IMG/VR virus record: IMGVR_UViG_3300030117_007673
Span: 1-64,000 of that record
Origin: a virus
DNA: 64,000 nt
Direction: 5' to 3' (one strand)
Below are positions 29,301 through 38,800 of the stretch, one piece after another. A model generated the notes under the pieces. It ran no database searches and had not been told where the DNA came from. It saw only the letters and a list, made by a program, of their open reading frames with translations. Within the stretch, counting starts at the first letter, position 1; every line of letters begins with the position of its first letter. The translations under genes and the position numbers were made by a program.

Positions 29301-32300
29301 TGATATATCTCAGCTCACTGTATCTCCCAAGAGCCTCTCTACAAATGGTTTTTCTGGCGGCCATACCGGCCCACACAATGCAGGTACGACGGGCCGCGCG
29401 TCATATCACAAAGTACACAGAAACACAAGATACAGAATTGAACATTCTGCGTCGTTGCCAATCAGAGTGGAATCTTTCTCAGCGTCTGTGGGTCATAAAA
29501 CTGGCTCAGTTAACGACAATGCCTTCATAACCCGTCCAATTCCGCAAAGTGATTTGCAATATGCTTGGATTACATCTTCAGCCATGTATGTGACCGGTGC
29601 CTTTGCTGTGCCGGTCGCTGTCGGCCATTATAATACTAATTATAGTCAGGCTTCCGCAGGAAACCCCCATATGATTCGTACAAATGGCACTTCAAAGGTA
29701 CCATTTGGATATCAGCAGCCAGACCACTCGCTCGCTAGCAAGGCTTCAACTGATATTGTATTTCTTAGTCAAAGCGCAATGGGTAGTGGACAATATGCGG
29801 ACTGCGGAGGGGATGTTAATGAAAAACATCATCGTGCTTACCCGTATGCTTCAGACGAAAGCCTTGTTTGGTCGAACCGTCGATTCATTCCAGTAGATTT
29901 TGCTAATCTTAATTTTAATATATATGAGCCGGTAACATCAAGTCAAAACTTGTTGGGATATGAATCCCATGATATCCACTTTGTCGCCGCTGATACAGGG
30001 TGCGGTGGCCATTATCATGATTTTAATTACAAGGGTAGTTTAGCAAGCTTTGCAAACATACACGCTACGAGTCACCCTGGAACGTGGGCATATGCAGGTG
30101 CAGCCCGGGCAAACCAACAGTTAAAACGATTTTCTGCTACTTTCTTAAATTCAATTCTTCTAAATCGTAATGGTCCTTATGGCTGGCCTATTTTCAAGCA
30201 AATACAAGGTGGAAGGCACCCTGTTATTCGAGAGCATAATAAGACTAACACTTTTTCATATTTGCATCCGCAAGAAAATTTTGAAATTGCTCAGAACAGA
30301 ACAGATCCTGTCAGTTATAAAGAACAATTGCTTCCAAAAAATCAAGTTGTTGTACCTGTTACAAACAGATATAGACCAATTGAACAAGACGTATATGCGA
30401 CCACAAGAATGTCAACAGGACCTGCCGGTATCCCAGGGAAAAGCGATAACAATATTACTGTATTAAGATACACCCATGGTAATAATATGAATTATTTCCC
30501 ATCGTTAAAAAACGCTCCTGTAAGCGATTTGGATATGGCTTTTGGATTGGTTAAAAATGAAAAAACTCTTTATGATCATATAAAGAAGCAGATTAAAAAG
30601 CCTGCACCTTCTTTAATTTTAAATTCTATAAAGTATAAAGAAGTTGTTTTTCCTAGAGAAGAGAATACATATCGCAAAAGAAATAGAGGAAGAACGGATT
30701 ACGCTGAAGTTGCGGGGTATGAGTACAAAGGATTTGATCATGCTACGGCTTCAAATAGGTTCTGGAGAGATGAAAGATCAGACAGATTGAGAACAATGGG
30801 TCAAGCGAGAAATTCGATGGGGTACACAATTCTCTCGTCTTCCCATGATATGACCCCTAACAGTAGTGGGGATCCAAATCAGGCGATTCTAACCGGTTCT
30901 TGGTTCCGCTATGGGCTAAGTTCTTGGCCACTAGATTCGCAAATATCCTCTTTGTCTGGAGCTGCTAGCGCTTCGCAGACTGGAGAGTTGTTGGTTTGGC
31001 CTGGAAATACATTTAATAGAATTATGCATGGAAGAGGAACCAGGCAAAAAGAGCCTCCTTTTGTACCACACACTGCTTCACAAGCATTTTGCTATTATCA
31101 GCATTACGGATTGCATAATGTTGGAAAAATTGACACCGTTTCAATTGCTCCATATTATTATCAAACTTTGGCCACTCCTCCTCATACTGTAGGGGCTCAC
31201 TTTATGGGCGCGACCTCTATTAATGCCGGCGAATATTATTACTTATATCATTTTATGCCTAAGTGGAGAGCAGCAGAAATAGCAGGCAAAAATCCTTGGT
31301 ATGATACATATGAAGATTATGCAGATGATGTTAGATCAATCGGTCAAGAATATTCAATAGTTCCAGAGTTTAGAATTTCTCAACATATGGATTATCATTT
31401 GGATAAAGACAATTTCTTTGAAAAAAACAATAAGTTTTTGACATTGCAAGGGGGCGATATCGCTTCTAGCTCACTTACTCCAGCGTCTCCATTTGATCAC
31501 GATTTCTTTAAAGTTTATACACATTCTGATTTTATGAGACATTTTGAAGGCGTAAGAAGTGATTATGGAGAATTTCAAACAATTTCACTTACCTGCAAGG
31601 GCATAAAGAAGCTTCTTCCATATAACGGATTTTATCCAGTTAATAGAAGTGTACAATTAGGTTCTTTGTTCTCTGCTTCTTATTGTACTCCGCAACATGT
31701 TACTTCTTCAAATCCATTTGAATTCAGTCAACCCGAACTCGGGATTACTATCCCATGGGAAGGTCAGCCGAGCATCGCACAGAGAACTCAAACAATGATA
31801 CAACCATTTTTTGCTCCTGGGATTATGTATAACACAATCAAATCTGGAATTGCAGTTGACTGGCCCGCGTATACTGCATCCGCTGATGATTCCGATATAG
31901 ATTTCAACCCTCCAGCTGTATACTTTTATGGTCCGAGCACTACACACTATGCCCATCTCCCAGGTAAAGGTATAGGCGTATCAGGAGTCACTGGTCACAG
32001 TATGAGATTTCCTTTTGATGCTTTGCTAGCACCAGAGGTTTATTTTCCAAAGATTGAGAAGGATGGGCAAATTATTAAAAAAGGTAGATTACTAGGTGTT
32101 AACTTGCCAGTAGCTACTTCGATGTCTGGGGCAGCGGCAACGTCTAATTATCCTTACGTCTTGTCGCTGAACGACAACGCAATATGGCTAGGCAACAGCC
32201 CAAAACCGCAATATAGTCTTGCTATGCACAATTTCTTAGCTGAAGTTCCAAGATTCTTTTTGCAAGATGAGAGGTTAACTAGTTTTGTTTCCGACAAAGG

Positions 32301-34803
32301 GCCTTTCTCTTTAGCGGCAGGGACAAGCTATTATATGGATGTTGTCCTTAGTAAAAATAAAGAAATGATTATGTATGAAGGGCCACAGTGGGAATTCAAC
32401 GCCCCGGTCCAGGAATCTTCAGCTTCGATCATACTTGACTCCTTCGGGGGCGACGCTGCGTCCGCGCGCGCGACTCTGGACACAGACACCATAACAATTG
32501 TTGACAATGCGGGCACTTCAAAGGTTTATATTTTTGACGACGATAACGACGGCTCAACGGGTACCACAGATGGTTCTGGGAATGTTCGAATACAAATAAA
32601 TGGTCTGACAAGTTCCTGCGATGTAGCTATACAAGTACAGGCAGCCATTGAACACTCAAACGGTCATAATGGTTCGATCATTGTGCGCCGTGACGGAACC
32701 AACGCACGCGCAATTGCTTTGAGACAAAAATCTACTATCGTCGCTGCCACGGCTATTACCTATACAGCGAATGGCACCGGCGGCACCCCATACGATCTGA
32801 TCCACCAGTTTGCCAATTATAAAGGCGATAACCCTTCCGGGATCGCCTCACCAGGCAAATATTCTGGTTTCGGAGATAAGGATAGAGGCAATATGTTCAC
32901 TGGAAGCGCAAGAGGCATACATTATGGCCCGGCATGTGACGTCACTCAGTCAGCGCACACCGAAACCACCATACATATGAATAATGAGTTAGGCGTAGTA
33001 AACTGCAGAGATCCAGCCTATGCTCCTTACACTCCTCCATATTTTTATGGCGAATCAGTTGCTAGATTTAAGTTTACTCCTGAACAACATAGGCCAGGAT
33101 TGAGCGAAGGCGACATAGCAACTTTTTCAGTTGAGGAAATTATAAGAGGGGTCGAGATAGAAATGGAACAGGCTACTTCCGGCTTTAATCCCAATCTCTC
33201 TGCCAGCTTCAGAAATGCTTGGACAGTTCCACAAGAAGCGTCACTTTCACGCGATAGTCAAATGACAATTGATGCGTCAATTAATTTATTTGGCAGAGCT
33301 AGGCTTAAAGAGGTTGATTACAGAACTCCACTGGGCGTTTCTCGTCAACTTGGAGATACAGGTAAATCTTCTAGAGCATTTTTTGAGCCCATATCCGCAA
33401 AAGATCCTGAAAATCCTGACGCGTTTACTTCATGGGTTATTGGTCCGCATTTTGAAACTCCAATATTAAATTTTTCTGGTAATGCTGAAGGTTATCATAC
33501 TCGCGGAATGTGGTTTGGATATGGAGATGTACCAAAAGGAGAGGACGGAATATTCTTACAAATAAGAGAAAGTTTTCCTGAACTTATTGGTGGCAGCCTG
33601 GGTGTAGCAAATAGAGATGCTCGACTTAACGATACGACCTCTCAAAGATTAACAGGTTCTCTGAAAGAGATTCTTGGATTTGGAAAGTCTAGAACTAGTC
33701 CCACAAAGAAGCTTGGTAGAATTGCTGCACATAAAGAAATTTCGGAAGCGGTTGTTGCAATTCCTATATATAGGCGAGCCGGCCTAGACCAGTTTGTAAA
33801 CATCAGACAGGAAGAAATTGATAAAGCTTTGGGAATCATACCCGGAGAAACTGGTGTTTCAATACAAAATATGGTTGACACAATGAGGGAGTATGTCATA
33901 CCGCCACAACACAATTTCTTGATAAATGATCAAGTTGACCCATTCGTGATGTATATCTTTGAATTTAAACATACGTTGGATAAAGATGATTTGAAAGATA
34001 TTTGGCAAAATCTTATGCCAAAAATTGCCATGGCAGCAGAAAAAGATGAGGTTACTTTAACTCACGATCTCGGGCCTAATGAATTTTTCGGTTCTCGCCC
34101 AGATGTTGAGCCAGGAGACCCTGTTGTTCCAGAGAATTTGAGATGGGTGGTTTATAAAGTTAAGAAAAAAGCAAGTAATAACTATTATAACGTAACACTA
34201 GACAACAGAGACGATAAAAGATTCCAATTTGAATTCGCGGTTGATAGTGATACCAGACAGTTACCATACAGTTACAACTGGCCATACGACTTCTTTTCTC
34301 TAGTAGAGCTTGCAAAGATTGAAGCCGAGGTAGAAGTCAGGCGAGAAAAAGAAGTTGTTGGAGGGAATTCTGTGCTTAAAATCGATGGTACCACAGAAGA
34401 TCGCTACAACCCAGGGAGAGATTCTATGGATTCTGAGGTAATATCAGAAGATGAAGAAGTTGATGAGCTGCCACGGAAAATGGCGATAGCTGACGACGCT
34501 CCCGAACCCTCAATGCGGCAAACAGAAAGTTCTTCTGAGTCACCAAGGCGAGAAATACGAACTAGTAATTTGCTCACAACGAGGACAACAGAGGAAACAA
34601 CGGAAGAGGCTACAACAATGCAAACTCCTCCAAGAACTCAGACAAGGGGAGGGACTCAGATAAGAAGTGATCGAAGGGCTACAAGAGGCGGTGGCGGCAA
34701 TGGCGGCACAACAACTCGCAACCGCGATGTCCGTGGCGGCGGCGGAGGTGGTCGTGGCGGCGGCGGAGGCGGCGGTGGTGGTGGCGGTCGCGGTGGATAT
34801 TAA
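23368..34803 (+). CDS. Giant baseplate protein (3811 aa), gp7-like core with LamG and MAM domains, two inserted modules and a Gly/Arg tail
   Basis: LamG motifs TVEFW, WHHYAFV, LYIDG and LDEFRFW (about 23930-24490). gp7-like YKSKGTEKSLRNFIRCFG (about 25200). MAM-like region at about 27000-27600. Confidence 0.7.
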   Translation: MSIKDLFNKEPWPRILSSDSIKNVGKDVESERYIQAHIVDKDQFVPFVDFEEPENFAKFGLASEYYEQSIKRIYQTYPYDGSLYEKLLWHNSSSYLDKFIFEHKYPKTTGYVNLSVAGWTKTILDTETGYGAPASASHEYILFKGGPNTGSAGLSLHEMFPSNDGDANVFNVGQNRESNLTIDGNEGNTVEFWLHKSAFDNSRTYKEVIVDVMHTGTSASPVSKNTSAYSRLRIELSGHSHGSAAKSPFYVTYVSGAGGFGCTNIGQNITTSSIADSNWHHYAFVFENTGSNVQAKLYIDGRCNDSIISGSTVDYLSGAMVGTIGALVDSPKYYAADNSSDTSEVSIYSGNAIKRGWGKLSASLDEFRFWKVARTPQEVGRHWRTHIGGGTNTDLANTHLGVYYKFNEGTTGVASTDSKVLDYSGRVTNGNWIGYPGSSARHSGSAVTIAGHGQEEKDPIIYSSHTDVAQLLDDLKIKGKEHDYRNNSAIYNSIPQWITTEDENGGLKNLTQILASYFDTLSLQISALPKIKNASYVLDGYASGSVSGSSKPLPFAERLLQNSGFLTSEIFAGAPVISKVLSRGEDKYYEEKLHDVKNLIYQNIYNNLTYIYKSKGTEKSLRNFIRCFGIDDELIKINVYGDNTTYDFTDNYRYTVTKKKYANFFHTSSMDATVYQMSSSTNADSVSYISGTLGTAELEGKLSRGFAHTMEAEVIFPKKINNLESSNFFNSSFNEASLFGIRQAQVDKNATQYAQGGNTTWKSPDNASIQVLAVRDKERSSAAYFKLTSSVFTLNISSSTFNDVYDDQKWNFALKILPGGSGSANLTSGSIHKDAKVELIGVHATSDQVYKKFNVSSSISTTDYEKFANSAKRVYVGASRTNFTGALETPSDVKVSSVKYWLYDVPGSTIEAHARDASNFGINEPYQHAYLFQNDVKGQYIPKMETLLLHWDFETVTGSDSNGQFVVEDVSSGSIKTASERYGWLGQILKNQHTGRGYGFTANKRTEVIDRNYLPSAKSKLPEVLNSSDMTSVRTQDDINFTRETRPTTYFISIEKSMYQTISEEMINFFGSVKDFNTLIGAPVNRYRMSYKSLDKLRNLFFERVKNTPDLERYVEFYKWVDHSIDRMIEQLIPASAATSAGIRTIVEDHILSRSKYRSKATAIEQKFDDPEGSLFGLGELSYNWKFGHAPINDFIGTGGITYDVSINYLLNENFEAAGEQAGASGSLPLGWTIGGPTTATHPAGWRTIKGPTPSHPQTGPTGSFDQDHYMYAETSAPNNPAKVFALQTPSINERQDMASGSKGVGDFGASFYYHMHGADIGILKVQAIEVGTPWVSSSDVQVVWDVGGAHQTSSRQLLGQQQTHASADWRKAYIDLREWQSRTFKLQFHYTAGGTYRGDVAIDLVQISGTNDDISAETGVTKTPVRGDDNCLWWDKRAERKSAAFITKHSEFRETVRRIKNTQVSGTSFSARHLSRPYRFNADLRKPYTQGVNFENKKTDFVKAALAEVSSLTSSNYLFVKMLKNPACNDVYNPNKKTKIATKITNVSAKGDLLLPFGLYETDVKTGYNLSIKNKLSGNLSWNADVGEMTWAEQPPERANVDVTNLHHDTYSSNGATLQGPFAEKYVGGMAHRHTELNIGAVDTQDSRAEGFLVEFASGSIRIGSPMIDLKRPRSLVYRDEVAKRPVNIKNIKQKITLDSNLNTKNATKIGNYEKDYQIVQTSGRTSNSKWFAQNNGAVSSSVASTYISGAFPDMKILNGSGSVIDFALPNRTRHSHVFVERFSAPGDPATMGRGYLDVLGEEYSVYNAMPWRNLTVRNPLTRLLSQSCPQFGGEFKSAAIATVAVADGDAASGMTEKEHITITDTSGLTKRYVVTDSDKDGSTATGTVLNDAANTDTGAGTAGAAEDGGIAVSIDLTGTPATQNTFLVQLKAAIEHANGHNGSITVSSVPGSADGAQLITLTQAIAGNNGNTEITTDISQLTVSPKSLSTNGFSGGHTGPHNAGTTGRASYHKVHRNTRYRIEHSASLPIRVESFSASVGHKTGSVNDNAFITRPIPQSDLQYAWITSSAMYVTGAFAVPVAVGHYNTNYSQASAGNPHMIRTNGTSKVPFGYQQPDHSLASKASTDIVFLSQSAMGSGQYADCGGDVNEKHHRAYPYASDESLVWSNRRFIPVDFANLNFNIYEPVTSSQNLLGYESHDIHFVAADTGCGGHYHDFNYKGSLASFANIHATSHPGTWAYAGAARANQQLKRFSATFLNSILLNRNGPYGWPIFKQIQGGRHPVIREHNKTNTFSYLHPQENFEIAQNRTDPVSYKEQLLPKNQVVVPVTNRYRPIEQDVYATTRMSTGPAGIPGKSDNNITVLRYTHGNNMNYFPSLKNAPVSDLDMAFGLVKNEKTLYDHIKKQIKKPAPSLILNSIKYKEVVFPREENTYRKRNRGRTDYAEVAGYEYKGFDHATASNRFWRDERSDRLRTMGQARNSMGYTILSSSHDMTPNSSGDPNQAILTGSWFRYGLSSWPLDSQISSLSGAASASQTGELLVWPGNTFNRIMHGRGTRQKEPPFVPHTASQAFCYYQHYGLHNVGKIDTVSIAPYYYQTLATPPHTVGAHFMGATSINAGEYYYLYHFMPKWRAAEIAGKNPWYDTYEDYADDVRSIGQEYSIVPEFRISQHMDYHLDKDNFFEKNNKFLTLQGGDIASSSLTPASPFDHDFFKVYTHSDFMRHFEGVRSDYGEFQTISLTCKGIKKLLPYNGFYPVNRSVQLGSLFSASYCTPQHVTSSNPFEFSQPELGITIPWEGQPSIAQRTQTMIQPFFAPGIMYNTIKSGIAVDWPAYTASADDSDIDFNPPAVYFYGPSTTHYAHLPGKGIGVSGVTGHSMRFPFDALLAPEVYFPKIEKDGQIIKKGRLLGVNLPVATSMSGAAATSNYPYVLSLNDNAIWLGNSPKPQYSLAMHNFLAEVPRFFLQDERLTSFVSDKGPFSLAAGTSYYMDVVLSKNKEMIMYEGPQWEFNAPVQESSASIILDSFGGDAASARATLDTDTITIVDNAGTSKVYIFDDDNDGSTGTTDGSGNVRIQINGLTSSCDVAIQVQAAIEHSNGHNGSIIVRRDGTNARAIALRQKSTIVAATAITYTANGTGGTPYDLIHQFANYKGDNPSGIASPGKYSGFGDKDRGNMFTGSARGIHYGPACDVTQSAHTETTIHMNNELGVVNCRDPAYAPYTPPYFYGESVARFKFTPEQHRPGLSEGDIATFSVEEIIRGVEIEMEQATSGFNPNLSASFRNAWTVPQEASLSRDSQMTIDASINLFGRARLKEVDYRTPLGVSRQLGDTGKSSRAFFEPISAKDPENPDAFTSWVIGPHFETPILNFSGNAEGYHTRGMWFGYGDVPKGEDGIFLQIRESFPELIGGSLGVANRDARLNDTTSQRLTGSLKEILGFGKSRTSPTKKLGRIAAHKEISEAVVAIPIYRRAGLDQFVNIRQEEIDKALGIIPGETGVSIQNMVDTMREYVIPPQHNFLINDQVDPFVMYIFEFKHTLDKDDLKDIWQNLMPKIAMAAEKDEVTLTHDLGPNEFFGSRPDVEPGDPVVPENLRWVVYKVKKKASNNYYNVTLDNRDDKRFQFEFAVDSDTRQLPYSYNWPYDFFSLVELAKIEAEVEVRREKEVVGGNSVLKIDGTTEDRYNPGRDSMDSEVISEDEEVDELPRKMAIADDAPEPSMRQTESSSESPRREIRTSNLLTTRTTEETTEEATTMQTPPRTQTRGGTQIRSDRRATRGGGGNGGTTTRNRDVRGGGGGGRGGGGGGGGGGGRGGY
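34681..34800 (+). repeat. GGC/GGT-rich low-complexity tract encoding poly-Gly/RGG
   Basis: Visible directly: ggcggcggcggaggtggtcgtggcggcggcgga..., in an otherwise AT-rich genome. Confidence 0.9.
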
Positions 34804-34822
34804 AGTATAAGGAACTGATAAA

Positions 34823-35887
34823 TTGGAATTTTTTGATAAAAAAGAAGAAGTTTTAGATATTCAGCTTACTCAATATGGTAAGCATCTATTGTCTTTAGGC
34901 AAATTTAAACCGACTCAGTATGCCTTTTTTGATAACGACATCATATATGATTTTGCGTATGCTAGCGGAAGCGAACAACAAAATAAAGCAGAAGAAAGAA
35001 TAAAGGAAGTTCCTAGAACAAAAACACAATATGTCTTCAGCGGAATAGAAACAGAAGTAAAAAAGATTAATCAAAGGGTTAGGCATGGCTCAATATACGG
35101 AGATACAGATTTAAAAACTCCAGGAGTTCAATTAGGACAAGTTGCGACAGCTGATCTCGCACCACCGGGTTCTGACTCAATTCAACCTGGCCCTGAAAAA
35201 AATTATAGTTTAATGCTCCCAATGGGAAATTCTTCGTTATCTAGTAGATATGCTCCAGCTTGGGATATGAAGTTTCTCCATAATTCAGCCTCTGTTTTTA
35301 CCGACTTCATTACAGGATCTCACTTCAAGCTTGTTAAGATTCCTCAAGGAGAGGTGCAAGTAACCTATAAGACGTACATCACCAAAGTTGATGAGTTTGG
35401 TACACCATCTCCAAATTATCTACTAGGCGATCCGGATCCTGGCGGTGTTGAAATTGGTGATGGCATTTCTGAGATAGCATTTCTTAGAAAATATGGAGAT
35501 GATACAACAATTCAAGTTGAAGAAGATTATATATTTTTAGATATTCTCGAGGAAAATGTAGAATTTAAGAAAGAAAATTTCGATATTGAGGTATTTTTGG
35601 TGGACGAACATGCAAATGAGACACAATTACAATTTGTTAGACCTGGCTCAGATTTAGACTCTTTAGATGAAGATGACAGAGGAAAATATGTAGAATGGTG
35701 GTTTGATATATTTGTTGACAACGAGATTGAACCAGACGTCTTCTGCAAAACCAGACAGGAAGATCGACGTAAAAATATATTTGCAGATCAATTTAGTTCT
35801 TTTGACTGTGAAGATCGACAAGAACTTGTCTCAGAGAATATTTATGAAGTAGAGTTAACAGACGAAGACTTCGAGGAGCCTTGTTAA
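34823..35887 (+). CDS. Virion structural protein (N-terminus paralogous to 44322..45353)
   Basis: MEFFDKKEEVLDIQLTQYGKHLLSLGKFKPTQYAFFD aligns with MAFLDNSGDIILDAVLTDTGRMRLARG..FKIAKFALGD. TTG start. Confidence 0.6.
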   Translation: MEFFDKKEEVLDIQLTQYGKHLLSLGKFKPTQYAFFDNDIIYDFAYASGSEQQNKAEERIKEVPRTKTQYVFSGIETEVKKINQRVRHGSIYGDTDLKTPGVQLGQVATADLAPPGSDSIQPGPEKNYSLMLPMGNSSLSSRYAPAWDMKFLHNSASVFTDFITGSHFKLVKIPQGEVQVTYKTYITKVDEFGTPSPNYLLGDPDPGGVEIGDGISEIAFLRKYGDDTTIQVEEDYIFLDILEENVEFKKENFDIEVFLVDEHANETQLQFVRPGSDLDSLDEDDRGKYVEWWFDIFVDNEIEPDVFCKTRQEDRRKNIFADQFSSFDCEDRQELVSENIYEVELTDEDFEEPC

Positions 35888-38800
35888 TGGCCATAGAGAT
35901 AAAAGAAGATTTTTCAAGTTATTTTCAAGATGCGTTGCCTGAAGCGAGTGTTGAGAAGGTTACTATTGCAGCCGGTGGGCCTCCATCTGTAGAACAGCTA
36001 AAGATGATATGGTCTGAAGATCCGCATGTCAAATCTGAGAGGCGTGGATTCATCATTGAACAGCTGAAAGGGCGATCTCATACTTCAGGAGTACCTGACG
36101 ACAAGAATGTACATGTAGAGCTGCAACTTACAATGAACGCCCTAATACCAAAGGCAAAGGATATATTTGCAAGTTTTATATATAATGAAGAATTTTTTAA
36201 ATATTTTAGAGTTTTTGTTATATCAAATGAAAATATGGAAACATATGAAAAAGTTCTTGCGACGAGTGTTCATGAGCCATTAAAACAAATTAAACAATTA
36301 AGAGATCAATCCGTATTTAAAGATCTTTTTCAATACGGCGGAAGCGATGCTAATCCTACAGTAACTTTAAAACCTATTGAAGAACTCGGAACCCGCGTAC
36401 AAACTTATTCTCCAAGTAGAGAGGCCGTCGACTCTGTAGATCATACATCTAGAGGCGCGAGAGCTACAGGTTTAAATAAGAAAACTGACAATGATGGCAA
36501 TACAATTATTTCCATTCCTATGGATTTTGATTTTAAATACAACAGCGATCCATATCATTTGTCCTACTTCACTATAACAATGCTGGATATTAATGAAATT
36601 CAAAAAGATTATCCGGATATTGACTCATTGGATTTAGAATTTGTTTCTAGAGTCATACCGACTCTTGTCCTTGCAGAGGGAAAGGTGCCCACAAAAAGGC
36701 CAATATATAAAATAATCCCAATAGGAACAGATCTTGGTAAATATCCAAAACAACCTAGGATTTGGTCAGGCCCAGTCCATCAAATGCCGGATGGTACATG
36801 GATGACTGGTCGATCACATAGTCCTGCAAGAACATTCGGACAAGTATATGAATATGAACGCGGCGCTGCTGAAGTACGCCTTCTTAAAGGTTCTATGCCT
36901 TTGGAGCGTATCGAAATTGATGTGTCAAACATTCAAGACTTTAGAATTATCACTTCGAATATTGACACAATGAGCGAATTTCTTGACGAAGAAATTGGTG
37001 GACAATATCAAGCACGCGGCTTAGGTAGACTACAACAAGGAGACATTAAATATTTAACAAACGATAGAGCAGACGTTGAAGAGAGTGTGCCGTATTTTTC
37101 TGATTTATATTCCTCTAAAGACTATCAATATGACTCATGTGTTCGACTTTTCTTTAGTATGGATTATCAATCTCTCATCGAAGACTTAGGAATATTTAGC
37201 TCTTTCCTTCGTGGCGATATTATTTTCTCTTCAAGCAAAGTGGAAAAGAACTTTTATAGAAATATATTGAACAACTCACAACTTTTGTCACTTAAAGTTG
37301 TTAGAAAAAGAGTAAAGCTAGAACATTCGGGAATAAATAAATTAGGATATCCAGCTTTGGAAGATTTTGACGAAGAAGAAACACCAACTTTAGTTGCATC
37401 TTATCCTCCTAATCCTGAGTTGATTCCTAAAATTAGAAGAGTTAACCTGGCAAGTTTAGGTGGAGCCACTGAGTCGCTTAACGATCCATATCTAAAGCAT
37501 TTTTCAGTTTTAGATACGGAGATCTCAGGTGTGTCATATGGCAATTATATCTATGGTGTAGAATTAGAAGCTGTAGACGGGACAGTAAAAGTGTTATCAA
37601 ATATTTTAAATTCTATATTGGATGATTATAATATGATTAAAAAATATTATGAATTGGCTTCTTCTGGAAACGAATACGGGCCTTATTATAGTAACAAGAC
37701 TAAGAAATTTCAAAGTAGCTTTAAAGCGGTCAGCGATACTACTGTGGCAGTCAGTCTTAATTTTTATACAAATTATCTAAACAAATGGGCGCTTCTTTCC
37801 GGACAAAAAAAAGCACGCAGCCGTAACAAACTTAAACCTGAAGATATTGCTGAAACAGCTAGAGCTATGTTAGCCAGCACTGATTCGACTAATGGTTCAT
37901 TAAAAGGCATAGAATCAGTGATGAACCATATGGAGAGGACGTATAAGCAGCTTGAGAAGATATTAGATGGCGCAGTTTCGGGACCAGTTAAAAAGACCCC
38001 GGTTGACGATGGCTCCGGTACAACTGCAGCTCATTTTAAATCTGACGCAACAAGAACGATTAAGATTAGGAAATGGTTTTCAGATTTAGATGAAGTTGTA
38101 GATGTGGATGTTCCAAAGAATACTGGTTATGAATTTTTATCAGGTGGTGGACTCATGCAGTTTCTTATAACGAGAAATGGAATCCCTGGGCTGGTGTCTA
38201 TGACTCCAGAAGCTTACAAAAATAGAATTTTGGCAGAAACAAAAAAACATTTTAAAGATGTTAATATTGAAACTGCTAATGCTTGGATGATTAAAACAGA
38301 TGGTACTCGGGCTCTAGCCGATTCTGTTAGTTTTAGTATGGGTCAAACTAAGTGGGGGTATTTAACTCCAGGTGTCGCTTTTTTCAGAAATAAAATAATT
38401 TCATTGGTTGACACCGATGACGTATTCATAAATGCAGGTATGTATGATAATGACATCTATTACGAAGTTTTGTTAAATTCTCTTCGATATAATAACTCTC
38501 TTGATATTTCAAAAGAACCATTTGGCCTAAACAATAATGATGAATTCATATCAAGTTTTCCAATTGAGAAGCAAAAGATACGCGGAGGTCTTATTGATTT
38601 ATTGGCAGCTAATAATTGTACTGTTAGCAGTATGAAAGAATTTAAGAATAATAAGGAAGATCTTGTTAACTTAAGTGCAGCTAGGTCATTAAATACTTCT
38701 AAACCCACACCAGGCGAGAAAATTTTCTCTCAATTGGCAAACCAACTTTCTCCAATATATAAAAATGTAGATCCTTTTGCCGTTAATGATCATGATCCTA

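Noticed and set aside
23368-34803. Inteins or homing endonucleases explaining the protein's size
   Set aside because: No intein-like termini (N-terminal C/S with C-terminal HN-C/S/T) or LAGLIDADG/HNH motifs recognised. The inserts look like adhesion modules.
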